From: Azolla caroliniana
Taxonomy: Eukaryota; Plantae; Polypodiophyta
Assembly: GCA_043228905.1 (NCBI GenBank)
Contig: JBHGNT010000013.1
Coordinates: 5,022,001 to 5,086,000 of the forward strand
DNA: 64,000 bases
Direction of reading: 5' to 3'
Shown here: positions 47,201-59,648 of the stretch, piece after piece
Position numbering within the stretch: position 1 is the stretch's first letter
Layout of the letters: the number at the start of each line of letters is the position of its first letter
Made by a program: the position numbers and the translations under genes
The notes under the pieces: generated by a model
Seen by the model: the letters and a program-made list of their open reading frames with translations, nothing else
Databases searched by the model: none
Told to the model about the DNA's origin: nothing

Positions 47201-49616
47201 AATCATTTGAGACACTCAAAGAGCATGTGTGTTTGGCTCCCAGTCTTCTATTACCGGACACTTCTAAGCCTTTCTCAAACGAAACCGATGCCGATGATTA
47301 TGCTAGATTGGTGTCGTTCTTTATCAAGGCGGTCACCCTATTGCTTTTGAAAGTAAGAAGCTTGATGCTGCTCAATCTCACTATTCAGTTCAAGAGAAAG
47401 AGTTGTTTGTTGTAATACATGCACTTAAAACATGGAGGCACTATCTCTATGGAAATAAATTTGTGGTTACAACAGACCATCAATCATTGAAGTATTTTTC
47501 TGACCAACTAGATCTTGTTGGTCGTAAACGTCGTTGGACTGACCTTATGCAAGATTTTGATTTTTCCATATGGTATCGCAAGGGTTCTATGAACACTGTT
47601 GCGGATGCTCTTAGTTGCATTAAAGAAGTTAACATGCTTAGCTTCACGAAAATAAAATCTGATCTTTTAGATCACCTTCGAGGGAAATACCTTGATGACA
47701 GTTATTTTTCGAAATACTGGACGAAAGCCGAATCTAGTGTAGATGATGATACTAGCACCCTACCCTCGAAGGCGACCTTTCACATTACAAATGGTTTGCT
47801 CTACCGTAGTTGAAAGGTCTGTGTTCTAGATTTACCAAATGTAAAACAAAAAATTCTTCATGAATGTCATGATGCACCATCTGTTGGTCATCTTGGAATA
47901 CAACGCACACTCGTTCTCATCTTGAGTACTTTTTTCTGGCCTAAGATGCGCTCTGAAGTGCATAAATATGTAACTCAATGCTTACAATGTCAGATTAATA
48001 AGTCGGAATGACTTAAAGCTGCGGGTCTTTTACATCCCTTAGATATTGCCAACAACAAATGGGAAAGTATCTCGATGGATTTTATTGTTAGTTTACCTTG
48101 TACACAGAGGGGCCATGATGCCATTTGGGTTGCCGTTGACAGACTAACAAAATTGGCTAGATTTATTCCTACCAAAACCGCGGTAACCACTCAACAATTG
48201 GCTTATCAATTTGTTGATGAGTTATTTCGTTTTTATGGATTACCGATGGATATTGTTAGTGATTGAGATTCCACGTTTACTAGTGACTTTTGGACTCAAG
48301 TCTTCAAGAAACTAGAAACTACGTTGAGCATGAGTTCCGTAGATCATCCTCAGTCTGATGGACAAACTGAACGAGTTAATCAAATTATTGAGAACATGCT
48401 TCGAGCTTATGTAGCAAAAACCCCTTCTATGTGGGAGCAATACCTTCCTATCTTAGAATTTGCATATAATAGCTCTAAATATACATCCACTTGATATAGT
48501 CCTTTTATGTTGATGTATGGTTTTCAGCCACGTGCCCTAGTTGATGTCACGATTCGTTGTGATACATTAGACAGTACACACAATTTTTTGCAAGAGATGA
48601 ACCAAATGTTGCATATTGCCAAAGAGAATGTCAAGACAACTCAAGATCGTGCTCGATTTTATGCTGATCAGGATAGACGTCCTCGTGCATTTACTATTGG
48701 TCAAAAAGTTTTTTTGCATGTCCCTACTGACTCTACGTCATTGTCTATGGGCAAGTGCGCTAAGTTAGCTCCATGATATTGTGGCCCATTTGAAATCCTT
48801 AAGCGGGTTGGGTCATCTGCTTATCACCTTGCCTTACCCCGTAATGTTGGTATTCATCCTGTTTTTCACGTTAGTTGTCTAAAACCATTTTTAGGCTTTG
48901 GTGATAATACCATCACAATCCAAGATCTTGTAACATGAGAGGATTTTTCTTACAAATCTCATGTTCCTGAACAAATTCTTGATTCTCGTACAAAACGTTT
49001 ACATTCTAAAGAGATTCGGCTATTCAAGATCAAATGGATGGATAAACCTATTGATGATGCCACATGGGAACGCGAGCATACTCTTAAGGCACAATTTCCT
49101 CACTTTATATTTCAAGAGTGCAATCTTTTGAAGTAGGGGAGTATGTTATGTACACATAACGTTGGTGAGGGTAGATCACCAATATTTACATTAGTGAAGG
49201 GTATGTTCACTAATGTTAAAAAGGGGACTAATGATTGGATAGAAGGAATGATAAGTGCATGCACTATCATGATTTGGACAACCAATGAATGGAGAGCCTT
49301 TTAGAAAGGCACATCTATTCAAGGGGCCTAGGAAAAGGTATAAATATGAGGCTTAGCTACTCTCATAATCACATTACGTCAGAAGGCTGTTGTCTTAGAC
49401 ACTGGTGGTGTGGCCTAGGCTTTCGTCTCGACGATCATGTTTATCTCTTCCAAGGTATTAGTCATCCTAATATCCAGCGGTATGGGACGTCTGTGGTAGG
49501 TTGGCTATGTCTAGATCATAGTTCAGGGGTGGTTGGGTGGAACGGGTTCTTCTATCCATTCTATTTTCCTTCTTTTACTTTAGTTTGGTCTATTGATTAG
49601 TAATAGACTCTTAACA
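44238..49616 (+). mobile_element. Second, decayed copy of the chromovirus; 5' LTR missing, 3' LTR 49144-49616
   Basis: Collinear with 35005-40384, with stops and frameshifts splitting the ORF. Confidence 0.95.
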
Positions 49617-50376
49617 CTTAGCATTATGTGAAGGTTGTATTTTCGGAAAACAAACTCGTGAACAATTCTCACATAGTGTGAGTCCAACCAAAAGAACGCT
49701 ACAATTAGTTCACTCGGATTTATGTGGACCAATGCCAACCACATCATTGGATGGTGACAAGTACTTCATTTCATTTATTGATGATCACACAACATTCACA
49801 ATTATATATTTCTTGAAAGCAAAATCCGAGGCTTTTAATGCTTTCACAACTTATAAAGCTTATGTGGAAAATCAATGTCAAAGTAAAATAATCACAATAA
49901 GAACAGACAATGGTGGTGAATATTTCTCACATGTATCCAAATAAAGTTTTGTCAAGAGCATGCCATTAGGCATGAACATACTGTTCCTTATAATCCACAA
50001 CAAAATGGAGTCGCCGAATGTAAGAATCGAACACTATTGGATGCCAGTCGGAATATGCTACAAGTTGTGGGGCTTCACAATCAATTTTGGCAAGAGGCGA
50101 TCGCAACAACTTGCTACCTTCAAAATCGATCACCTCATAAAGCTCTTGGTTTGAATACTCCATATGCAATGTGGTTTGGACACAAACCAAATCTTTCACA
50201 CCTTCGTGTATTTGGAGTCATGGCATATGACCATATTCCACAAAAGAAAAGGAGAAAATTGGATCCACATGCTAGAAAAGGAATTTCTGTTGGTTATGGA
50301 GAATTGGCCGTAGTCAAAGCCTACAAATGATTTGATTTCAAGACAAGGAAATTTTTATTTAGCTGTTTGGTTACGT
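49617..50376 (+). mobile_element. Copia integrase fragment
   Basis: LVHSDLCGP, FIDDH, IRTDNGGEY, LRVFG...RKLDP motifs. Confidence 0.85.
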
Positions 50377-50486
50377 TGTCGTGAAAATCCGTCACTATGT
50401 GCGGATCGCAAGGCGGAACCATCGGGGTCCTGGACCGGAAGGATTCGAAGTTTGCGCTAGTTTTAGCAAGAAAGTTTTTAAGATAG

Positions 50487-50548
<62 letters not shown>

Positions 50549-51260
50549 AGATTAGATTTAAACGCTTGACTTTAGATTGAGAGAAAGTGATAGGGCAAGA
50601 GAGAGATATTGAGATAAAGATTCAACTTTTAAGTTTAGATTTAAGAGAGATGATACATCAACAATAGGATTACAAGGTTTCTTCTTATTAATTTCTTTAT
50701 CAATACCTGGTTCCCTAATACATTTTTCATCCACTCTTTTATAGATGCCCCCATGCATAGGATGCATGTGATGCATGTTTGCCATTTGGCACTCATGTGC
50801 TACATATCAATCATTCAAGGTCTCATGTATGAGAATTTACATGTAAAACTATGATGATAAAAATATAATTTCAAGTAAATGTCTTGGCTTAGTGGTAAGC
50901 TTATAGACTCTCAATTTGGAGGTGTAAGGTTCAAATCTTTACTTGCCTTCCTTGTGTATATATATATTTTTATCTGGTCACCGGATGCCGATTACCGTCC
51001 AGTTTCGTGGGTACGTGCATCCTAAAAAGGGTGAGCTAAAAGGGTGGCACAAAGGAACACATGCACACCACAATATAAACATTTTTATTACCTAATTTTA
51101 GCCGTTTACTGTTCGTAAATAAATGCACCCCTTTAGATGAAGAGGTGTACCTTTTGTAACCTCTCATACCTCAATGTGGTGTAACCTCTTATGTAACCTA
51201 TAAAGAGCCATATGTAAACTTGTAATTATTTTACTATAGTGGTAAGTTGTTAACATTACA
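50377..51260 (-). mobile_element. Probable solo LTR with (TC)n tract
   Basis: Minus strand reads TGTAATG...CACGACA, with TATAAAA at 50737-50743 followed by a (TC)n tract (50490-50545). No TSD found. Confidence 0.5.
50872..50945 (+). other. tRNA-like A/B-box cassette
   Basis: A box TGGCTTAGTGG (50885), B box GGTTCAAATC (50928), closed by a CAAGTAAA/TTTACTTG stem. Confidence 0.55.
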
Positions 51261-51367
51261 AGCCCTACTTGTAGTACTACATCTTGGGTTCGGGACCCAA
51301 TTTTCTCACCTTTCTATCATATACTTTATACACTTCATACATATCTCTTAATTCACTAGATGCCACT

Positions 51368-51440
51368 GTGGAATGTAAGGGTTGAACCCATGACCACTTG
51401 GTCTCCATTGGGCAACCTTACGAACTGAGCTACATCCATC
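51368..51440 (-). other. tRNA-derived SINE-like head
   Basis: A box TAGCTCAGTTCG and B box GGTTCAACCC on the minus strand, next to a (CT)n tract. Confidence 0.5.
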
Positions 51441-51448
51441 TGGGCTTG

Positions 51449-51484
<36 letters not shown>

Positions 51485-52349
51485 AATTTCTCACAATATT
51501 GCCATTGAAAATTGGGAGGGGATATTTTCCAGACTAAAAGCATACAATGCATTGTATCTCACGAAAGTTCCATGATCACATTGTGTATAGCAATCTCCAA
51601 TGGGATGGGCCACACCACATAGTAGTGAGACCATTCCATTAACTATAATGTGGTTGTATTTGTATATTGTTTCCATTAACATGAGATCATCAGTAGCTTC
51701 CAAGAAGAAGAAGAAGAAGTGGTAGAAGCATGGGAAACCCCAATTTAGATGTTTAGCCGGATAAGATTTAAAGGTGTCCATGGAATTTGAAGTGAATGAG
51801 AGGAGAGGTGTTTTCCTGCACAGGTTTGCTTTGCCTGCATAAAGGTGTAAAGCATGAGCTAATGATTTTAAAAAACATGGACGAATCTCGATGAATTCTG
51901 TTCCATGAATATATGAAGAATATCTCTGGGAACGCACGATCTTCATGCGTAGAAGTCTATTTTTTAATATCATCGTTGAATTACGCACATTTTTATGGCC
52001 TGTACTACGGATCTCATCAAAACCTGCACATTCTCATCAAAACCTCTGCACATTCGCAATCCAACTCCATTAAGACTCTAAATCCTTACAGAGATTCAAG
52101 TCCTCTTTTTCATCTGATTGTACCAGCTTCCAAAATAACATACACAGATTGGATTTTGTAAAGGTTACAGGGCCGGGAAATCCACCACCGCCACAACCCA
52201 CAGGAAATGTAAGTCAAAACACTTCTTTATTGGAAGGGTGAGGATGATATGAATTGAGGAATTGATTGAGCACTACATACATTAGGAGGGTTTGGGGGAG
52301 GGGATCTCACTTCATTCATTCATTCATTCATTCATTCTTTGGAGCAGAG

Positions 52350-52511
52350 ATGGATGGGTATACGATTATGTGGATTGTGGTGATGGTATCCATACCTTCA
52401 AGCTGCATCCTCTCACTCATTTGTAGAGACTATGTTATGAGGGCTAGAGCGGCTGGTACAGGTGCCGGTGTCGGACTTGGTGGAGGTGGTTTTGGCGGAG
52501 CCGGAGTGTAA
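52350..52511 (+). CDS. Candidate 53-aa single-pass membrane peptide with Gly-rich tail
   Basis: AGAGATGG start context. MDGYT, hydrophobic IMWIVVMVSIPSSCILSLIC, basic RDYVMRAR, then Gly-rich tail. Lies in non-TE sequence between (TTCA)n and (TG)n. Confidence 0.45.
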   Translation: MDGYTIMWIVVMVSIPSSCILSLICRDYVMRARAAGTGAGVGLGGGGFGGAGV

Positions 52512-52919
52512 TGTGTGTGTGTGTGATGTGGGCTTCTAGCAATTGTTGGGTGCTTTGTACATTCACTTGTTTCCTACCAAACGAACCTCATTCTACGTTG
52601 ATTATGTGCTAATCAGGTGTGAAATTAAATGAATTTGTGGAACAAATAAGCAAATCATCAAGTCTGCTCCACGGGCTGTTATATATATATATATATATGC
52701 CTTGATATAGAACCAAGCAAAATACTTGTTGAGGCTTTCTTTGGATGGTCCCAACTTGTGCTTGTTGTTTGGTCCATAACATGGTAAAGCCAAAGAAGGT
52801 GAATGCCAAAAGAGGTGACCATCGCCAAGAAGGAATATTTATAATAATACATGCCATATGTTTGTAGAAATCTATGTGGAGTTGCGTGTGTGTGCCTCGT
52901 ATTTGTAAGTGTTTGTTTG

Positions 52920-54223
52920 TTTTTTCCAAAAGATTTCCTTCATTAGTATTAAGAAAAGCATTGGAGAGCTACAAAAATGTAAAATCAGAGATTATTATAT
53001 ACAAAAGAACCGGTTAGGGCAAGGACCAGGGGTGATGATATTTTCATAACGGTCCTTAAGAGGAAACTGTGAACAGAGGCAACTTCCTCCATAATTGCAG
53101 TAACGTTTTCCTTTTCTTCAGAATAACCTTTGAAGAGCCTGACATATTGTCATATTGCTCCCTCACAACCACCAATAAGCACCCCCATAATTACGGCAAT
53201 ATATTTGAGAGAATAGGAATTATGGACTCAGATCATCTTTTACAACTATACTTATCCATAATGTAACCATAGATACGGTTTTCCATACATGGGTTGCACG
53301 CATTTGCTTGCGAGGTTGCAGAAAAGGGGAGACAATATTTAGATGTCTATTGCTGACTGTCATAGCCTCGGGAGCATCATCTGCTTCATACAACAACAGA
53401 CTGGAATGGAGAACCCCCCATACCGCTCATCCCCAAGAGACGAGGTGGCCTACGTTAATTGTCAAGAATAAAGAGATATCTTTATTCCATACTTGTTGGG
53501 CTAGTGAGCATGACCAGAGAGCATGCTTTGTAGTTTCCTGCATGTCACCGCAATAACAACATTGTCTAAGACTAGTTGCCACATCTCCTTTCAATGAGTG
53601 ACCTACTAGTAGTGTTGCATGTAGTAAAAGTCATCTAAAGAGAATATATTTGGTTGGTTCCTTGAAAGAACAAATCCATTTCCAATCTGCCTTCCTTGAA
53701 ACACCCCACTTATTCCAGTGCTTTTGAGCTGCAGGAGTTGGAATATTATTAGGCATGAGTAAGGTTTTGCCAAATTTCATATTGTACTGAAAGAATGGAA
53801 CTTTCGGCAATGGATCCATCATGGGATTGGTCCAGAACCATCCCCAAGGTCCATATAAGCTTACTAACTGGTTGCCATGCATATAACCAGATCATATCCC
53901 AAAAATGAGCTATTGACAGTTGTGCATCCAGTAGCCAGATTTGGCAATCACCCTAATTGGCACAGTGAGTAGGTTCTGTAATAAATTATTTGAGGGTGTA
54001 TAAGGTTGCAATTTATTGTCCTATTGAATATGGAAATAAAAAATACCTCCGTTTGCAGAAATTGCTTTAACATAAAGCATCATCGTCATTCATAAGGCAT
54101 CCAAACCACATATGCGCTTGCATTGGCTGAAGTCGCGCCGAGGATTGTGAGAAAGCCATTGAGATTTCCGTTGTCATTGTTTTGGCCCATATGCCGAGGG
54201 TAACTACTTAAGTCGATCCACTT
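52920..54223 (-). mobile_element. 3' part of an L1 LINE (zf-RVT), degenerate
   Basis: Minus translation WKWI...CCYCGDMQETTKHALWSC...LWRKLPLF; A-rich end near 52925. Confidence 0.75.
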
Positions 54224-54461
54224 ATATTAGCTGCTGTCATCATCTCTCTCTCTCTCTCTCATTCTCGCTATCTCTCTCTCTCCTCTTCTCACTTCCTCTC
54301 TCGGGAATCTTACGCAGTCCCGTCCTCTTATTACTAATAGTACTACTGTTCTTTAGTACTAATTCCATCTCTGTTTTAGTACTATTCCTAACAGTTTGAA
54401 CCAATTTTTCCTCTAGCCTACTTGTCACTCTCCCTCATCCTCCTACCCTTTTCCCTATACT

Positions 54462-55616
54462 ATGGCTACTGTTAGCGCCCAAGAATACCAATCCGTTTTC
54501 TCCGAGCTACAGTGCCTAAAAGAAAAGTTTGTTGCCCTGGAACAAGAAAACCAACGGCTGATAGGGGATCTGCAACAAATCGCTCTAGAAAAACAACAAA
54601 CGCAACAACAACATGGGGAGTTAGCGTTACGGGTACAACAACTCGAAGCAGCGTTGCAACAAGGATCCAGTTCCCAAGGATTTCATAAAGAGCCCAAGAT
54701 TGGACTTCCTGTGAAATTTGATGGAACGCGTTCGCAATTCCGGGGATTCCTTAATCAGGTACGCTTAGTCATCCAGATGCATCCTTCCCGATATCCCACT
54801 GATGCATCTCGAGTCGGCCTAATAGGCACGCTACTTAGCGGCTCAGCCTTGGCATGGTTCGCTCTGCTTCTAGAAAAACAATCGCCCTTGCTTAATAACT
54901 TTGAAGATTTTATTGGTGAGTTTAAAGCCTGCTTTGGAGACACCGACAGCATCAGGACGGCGATCAACAAGATCCGGCGATTGCGTCAAGGCGATCGTCC
55001 AGCCTCTGCTTACGCGGCGGATTTCCGCCTACTTGCTTCAGATATACCCTGGGATGATCAAGCACTAATGGAGCAGTTTCGCTATGGCTTGCGAAACGAT
55101 GTCAAAGATCTACTTCTAACTTTCCCCGAAGAACCAAAGTCTCTTACGGAGGCAATCAGTCGAGCAGTTCGATGTGACAACCGCCTTTTTGAACGGCGTT
55201 CAGAACGTCAATTACAGATACCACGCTCTAGGCCAGAGCCCACTTACGCCGCAGTCGCGGCTAAACCGTTTTCACGAGACATACCTCAAGCAAATACTTC
55301 GACACCGATGGAGATCGATACCATGCGTCGACGCGGCCCGTTATCGGAAGAAGAAAAGCAACGACGACGTGCCAATCGATTATGTCTTTATTGCGGTGGA
55401 CCATGACATATCGCCATCAATTGTCCCCATAGGCCAAGAAGACAGGTAAATCAAATCGTCGCCTGTACTAAACCCGAGTCAATTCTTCCCTTCGGAGTGT
55501 CTGATAGTATTAATAGTACTAATAGAGTGTCAGATAGTATTCATAGTACTAATAGCCCAAGTATCTCAAATAAATTTGAAATCCTTAATCAATTAGATGA
55601 AGAGTTAAACGATTGA
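54462..55616 (+). pseudogene. gag with one premature TGA inside the zinc knuckle
   Basis: PVKFDG and PMEID motifs, CLYCGGP*HIAINCP; the frame stays open after the stop until TGA at 55614-55616. Confidence 0.85.
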
Positions 55617-58600
55617 GTCCAGCCAAAATAGGAGCCATTTGGTTGGACAACAGCCCTAGATCTGTACAGCCCATTAGTGGTTCCATTCCTTCCAAGCAAG
55701 TTAGCAATGTGTTCCTAGCCCAAGTCATTGTTAGTACTAAAAGTACTCCCCCAGTACCCGTCCTAGCACTTTTAGATTCCGGAGCTAATTCCTGTTTCAT
55801 GGATCGAAATTTTGCCCAAGCTTCTCAGATATCCTTAAGAAAACTTCCTTGTCCCGCATCTGTAGTGGTCATTGATGGTCGTCCCATTGCTTCCGGGAAT
55901 ATTGTAGAAGAATCAGAACCCATTCAAGTTGTCCTAGGTAGTTTTGTGTGTATAATATCATTTAATATAATTAGTAGTCCAGAGCATCCCATTGTCCTAG
56001 GATTACCTTGGCTTGAATTACATAATCCAGCCATAGATTGGAGAACAAGAGAAGTCCGATATCGACCACCCCAAGAATCAACTCACCGAGTTTCGACCAT
56101 TTCACTCCATCAACTACGCGAAGAAGGACCCAAGGAGGCAATGTTCTTATTTGCCATATCAGTACATCCTTCTAGCACTATTAAGAAGGACTCCTCAATA
56201 CAACTTCCAGCAAAATATCATCCTTATGCCGATGTATTTGACAAGGTAAAAGCCGGTACCGTTCCTCATCACCGTCCTTATGACTGTCCCATCGATTTAC
56301 AACCAGGAACCGAGCCACCATGGGGACCAATTTACAACTTGTCACCCACCGAGTTAGAAGTCCTTCGAGCCTACATAGAGGAGAACTTGGCAAGCGGGTT
56401 CATCCGTCATTCGAAATCTCCGGCCGGTGCACCCATCTTCTTTGTCAAGAAGAAAGATGGCTCACTTCGTCTTGTCATTGATTACCGCGGATTGAATAAA
56501 GTCACCATCCGGAATAGGTATGCACTTCCTCTTATATCAAGTCTTTTAGAGCGATTTAATGGTGCCAAGTTTTTTACTAAAATCGACCTATGAGGAGCGT
56601 ATAATCTCGTGCGGATTCGACCGGGAGATGAGTGGAAGACCGCTTTTCGCACGCGGTATGGGCATTTCGAGTATACTGTTATGCCGTTTGGCCTAACCAA
56701 TGCACCCGCAGTCTTCCAACACATGGCAAATGATATATTCAGAGACCTCTTGGATATCTGTTTGATCATTTATCTGGATGATCTGTTGATTTATTCGAAG
56801 ACCTAGGAAGAGCACGATTCTCATGTACTATTAGTACTAAAGCGACTCCGCGAGAATGGTCTTTATGCCAAGCTAGAAAAATGTAGCTTTGACTGCAAGC
56901 AAGTGGAATTTCTAGGCTACGTCATCTCCTCAAAGGGCATCGCCATGGATCCAGCTAAAATCCAAACTATACTAGAGTGGCAAATTCCACGGTCGGTACG
57001 AGATGTACAATGTTTTCTAGGTTTTGCTAACTTCTACCGTAAGTTTATACAGGATTACTCGAAGATTATTTTACCTCTCACACAACTTACGAAGAAGGGC
57101 CAAGCATTTCTTTGGTCCATCGAAGCAGATATGGCTTTTCGGCATCTTAAGAAAGCCTTTACATTAGCACCGATTCTAGCTCATGTGGATACAAGCAAAC
57201 CATTCATCATGGAGGCTGACGCATCAGATTTCGCCCTCGGTAGCATCCTTTCTCAACAAGGCGATAAAGAAGAGTTGCATCCGGTGGCTTTGCATTCGCG
57301 CAAATTCAATGTCGCAGAAATCAACTACGAAATACATGACAAGGAGTTATTAGCCATAGTGGATTCATTTGTACAATGGCGGCATTTCTTAGAGGGCTCT
57401 CCACATCAGGTCATTGTCTTTAGCGATCATAAAAATCTTGCTTATTTTCAGAACGCTCGCGTACTAAATCGACGGCAAGCTCGGTGGGCGCAATTCCTCA
57501 CGCGTTTCGACTTCGAAATCACATATCGACCGGGGAAGCAGCAAGGAAAAGCCGATGCACTATCACGGCGTTCATATCTTGCACCTCGTCCTGGTGACGC
57601 AACATTTGATAATCAAAAGAAACTAATCTTGGGACCAACACGATTGCACACGACGCGGATTTTTCACACCCCGATGGATTCACGGATTACCGATGACATA
57701 CGTGCAACCTTGAAGACGGATAGTTTTGCTCAAGACATCCTGGCGCACATTGATACTTCTCGGGCATCCTGTTCTCAGTCTCAACAACCAGGTATTGACT
57801 ACCGACAATTCGAATATCATGATGGTTTGTTATTCTTTAAAAAGCGCGTATATGTCCCTGATTGCTCCTGTCGCCTTCAAATCTTCCAACATTGTCACGA
57901 CACCCATACGGAGGGACATTTCGGTAGTACCAAGACGTTGGAGCTAGTGAAGCGATCTTTTTGGTGGCCCCACATGCGCCGTTTTGTCGATGACTACGTT
58001 CGGACCTGTGATGCTTGCTGCCGAGCAAAGATGCCACGACACCATCCATATGGCTTGTTGGAACCTTTACCAATTCCAAGTAAGCCATGGCAGTCTATTT
58101 GTCTTGATTTTATCACAGATCTGCCGGTCTCGAAGGGGTTCGATGCTATCCTAACCGTCATCGATCGATATACGAAGATGGCACATTTTGTGCCATGTAC
58201 TAAAGCCATCACTAGCGAGGAAACCGCCGCTCTTGTTATGCGTGAGGTATTTCGGCATCATGGCCTCCTAGACAGTATTATCAGTGACCGAGGCCCGCAA
58301 TTTGTCTCCAAATTTTGGCAGCATCTCTTCAGGATGCTCAAGGTCTCCTGCAACCTCTCCTCCGGCTACCATCCTCAGACCGACGGACAGGCGGAACGAA
58401 CAAACCAAACGTTGGAGCAATATCTCCGGTGTTTCCTGAGTTATCAACAGGACGATTGGGCCGAGATTCTCCACTTTGCGGAGTTTGCGTATAATAATGC
58501 TATTCACTCCTCGACTCGGGTCTCCCCATTTTTCGCTTATACCGGTTTCCATCCTCACTGGTCGGTGATTGACACTCCGGAGCTACCTACCAACCCTCGT

Positions 58601-59191
58601 GCCGAGGACCATTTGGAGAGGCTACGCAAGATCCAGATGGATCTCTCTACTCACCTTCGTCATGCTCAACACACACAGAAGATTTATGCGGATCGTCATC
58701 GGATTCCCTCCTCTTTTTCCATCGGAGATCGAGTATGGCTCTTACGTCGTCACATCAAGACTACTCGACCGTGCGACAAGTTGGATTATCGACGACTCGG
58801 TCCTTTCCGTATTACGGGGAAGATTAATGATGTCACCTTCCGCCTTGATCTCCCTCCGCAGCTTCAGATACATCCGGTTTTCCATTGTTCTCTTCTTGAA
58901 CCTTATAAAGAAAACACCATTCCCGATCGTGTGACACCACCGCCGCCCCCGCTGGAGTTGGACGTCGGCCCGAAGTATGAAGTTGCTGCCATCCTCGATT
59001 CCAAACTTGTTCGCAACAAACTTTATTACTTGGTCGATTGGTTCGGTTATAGTCCGAGCGAACGTACTTGGGAACCCGTCGAGAATGTTGCCAATGCACA
59101 AGATCTTCTTTTTCTTGCTGATTTCCACCGAAAGTATCCGGACAAACCCGGTCCGCAATTAGCGCCGACTCGTTCCACTCGTCGTCTTTAA
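55610..59191 (+). pseudogene. pol (PR-RT-RH-IN-chromodomain) with two in-frame stops
   Basis: ORFs 55613-56593, 56609-56806 and 56903-59191 share one frame; stops at DL*GAY and KT*EE. Confidence 0.9.
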
Positions 59192-59648
59192 GGGGGAGAT
59201 AGTGTCATGATATGGCAAGACTCTAACCCATGACTTTATGCTACATGGGTCGAGATCTTACCATTAGACTATGAATTGTATTTTGTAGGATATTATTTTC
59301 ATTTATACTTTATCATAGAAAATCAATGTATATTCCAGATCTCTCTGGAACATTCTAGAAGCTTCAGGATTATTCCTAAAAACACTATAAAAGGAGGCAC
59401 AAGGCATTGTTTTGAACCAAATTGGTTCAACGCCAGTCTTAAGCCTCTTAGCCGCTTGTACTTATCTTTTCACATAATATATTAGCTGCTGTCATCATCT
59501 CTCTCTCTCTCTCTCATTCTCGCTATCTCTCTCTCTCCTCTTCTCACTTCCTCTCTCGGGAATCTTACGCAGTCCCGTCCTCTTAGTACTAATAGTACTA
59601 CTGTTCTTTAGTACTAATTCCATCTCTATTATAGTACTATTCCTGACA

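Larger units (their letters stand above)
54224..59648 (+). mobile_element. Tcn1/Tf1-sushi-like chromovirus, lightly degenerate; truncated 5' LTR (54224-54393), full 3' LTR (59203-59648)
   Basis: gag and pol in different frames, PR LLDSGA, RT YLDD, RNase H, integrase, chromodomain YEVAAILD..YLVDWFGY..TWEP, PPT AAGGGGGAGATAG, LTR TGTCA...TGACA. Confidence 0.93.

Noticed and set aside
50872-51440. Functional tRNA genes
   Set aside because: A/B boxes are present but the cloverleaf arms are degenerate; reported as tRNA-derived cassettes only.
51491-51988. 165-aa minus-strand ORF
   Set aside because: No recognisable motif, non-ATG start, and includes a TTC microsatellite.
54462-55406. Domesticated PEG10/RTL1-like gag gene
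   Set aside because: It is embedded in an element with LTRs, pol and PPT, and the stop is a point mutation in the zinc knuckle.
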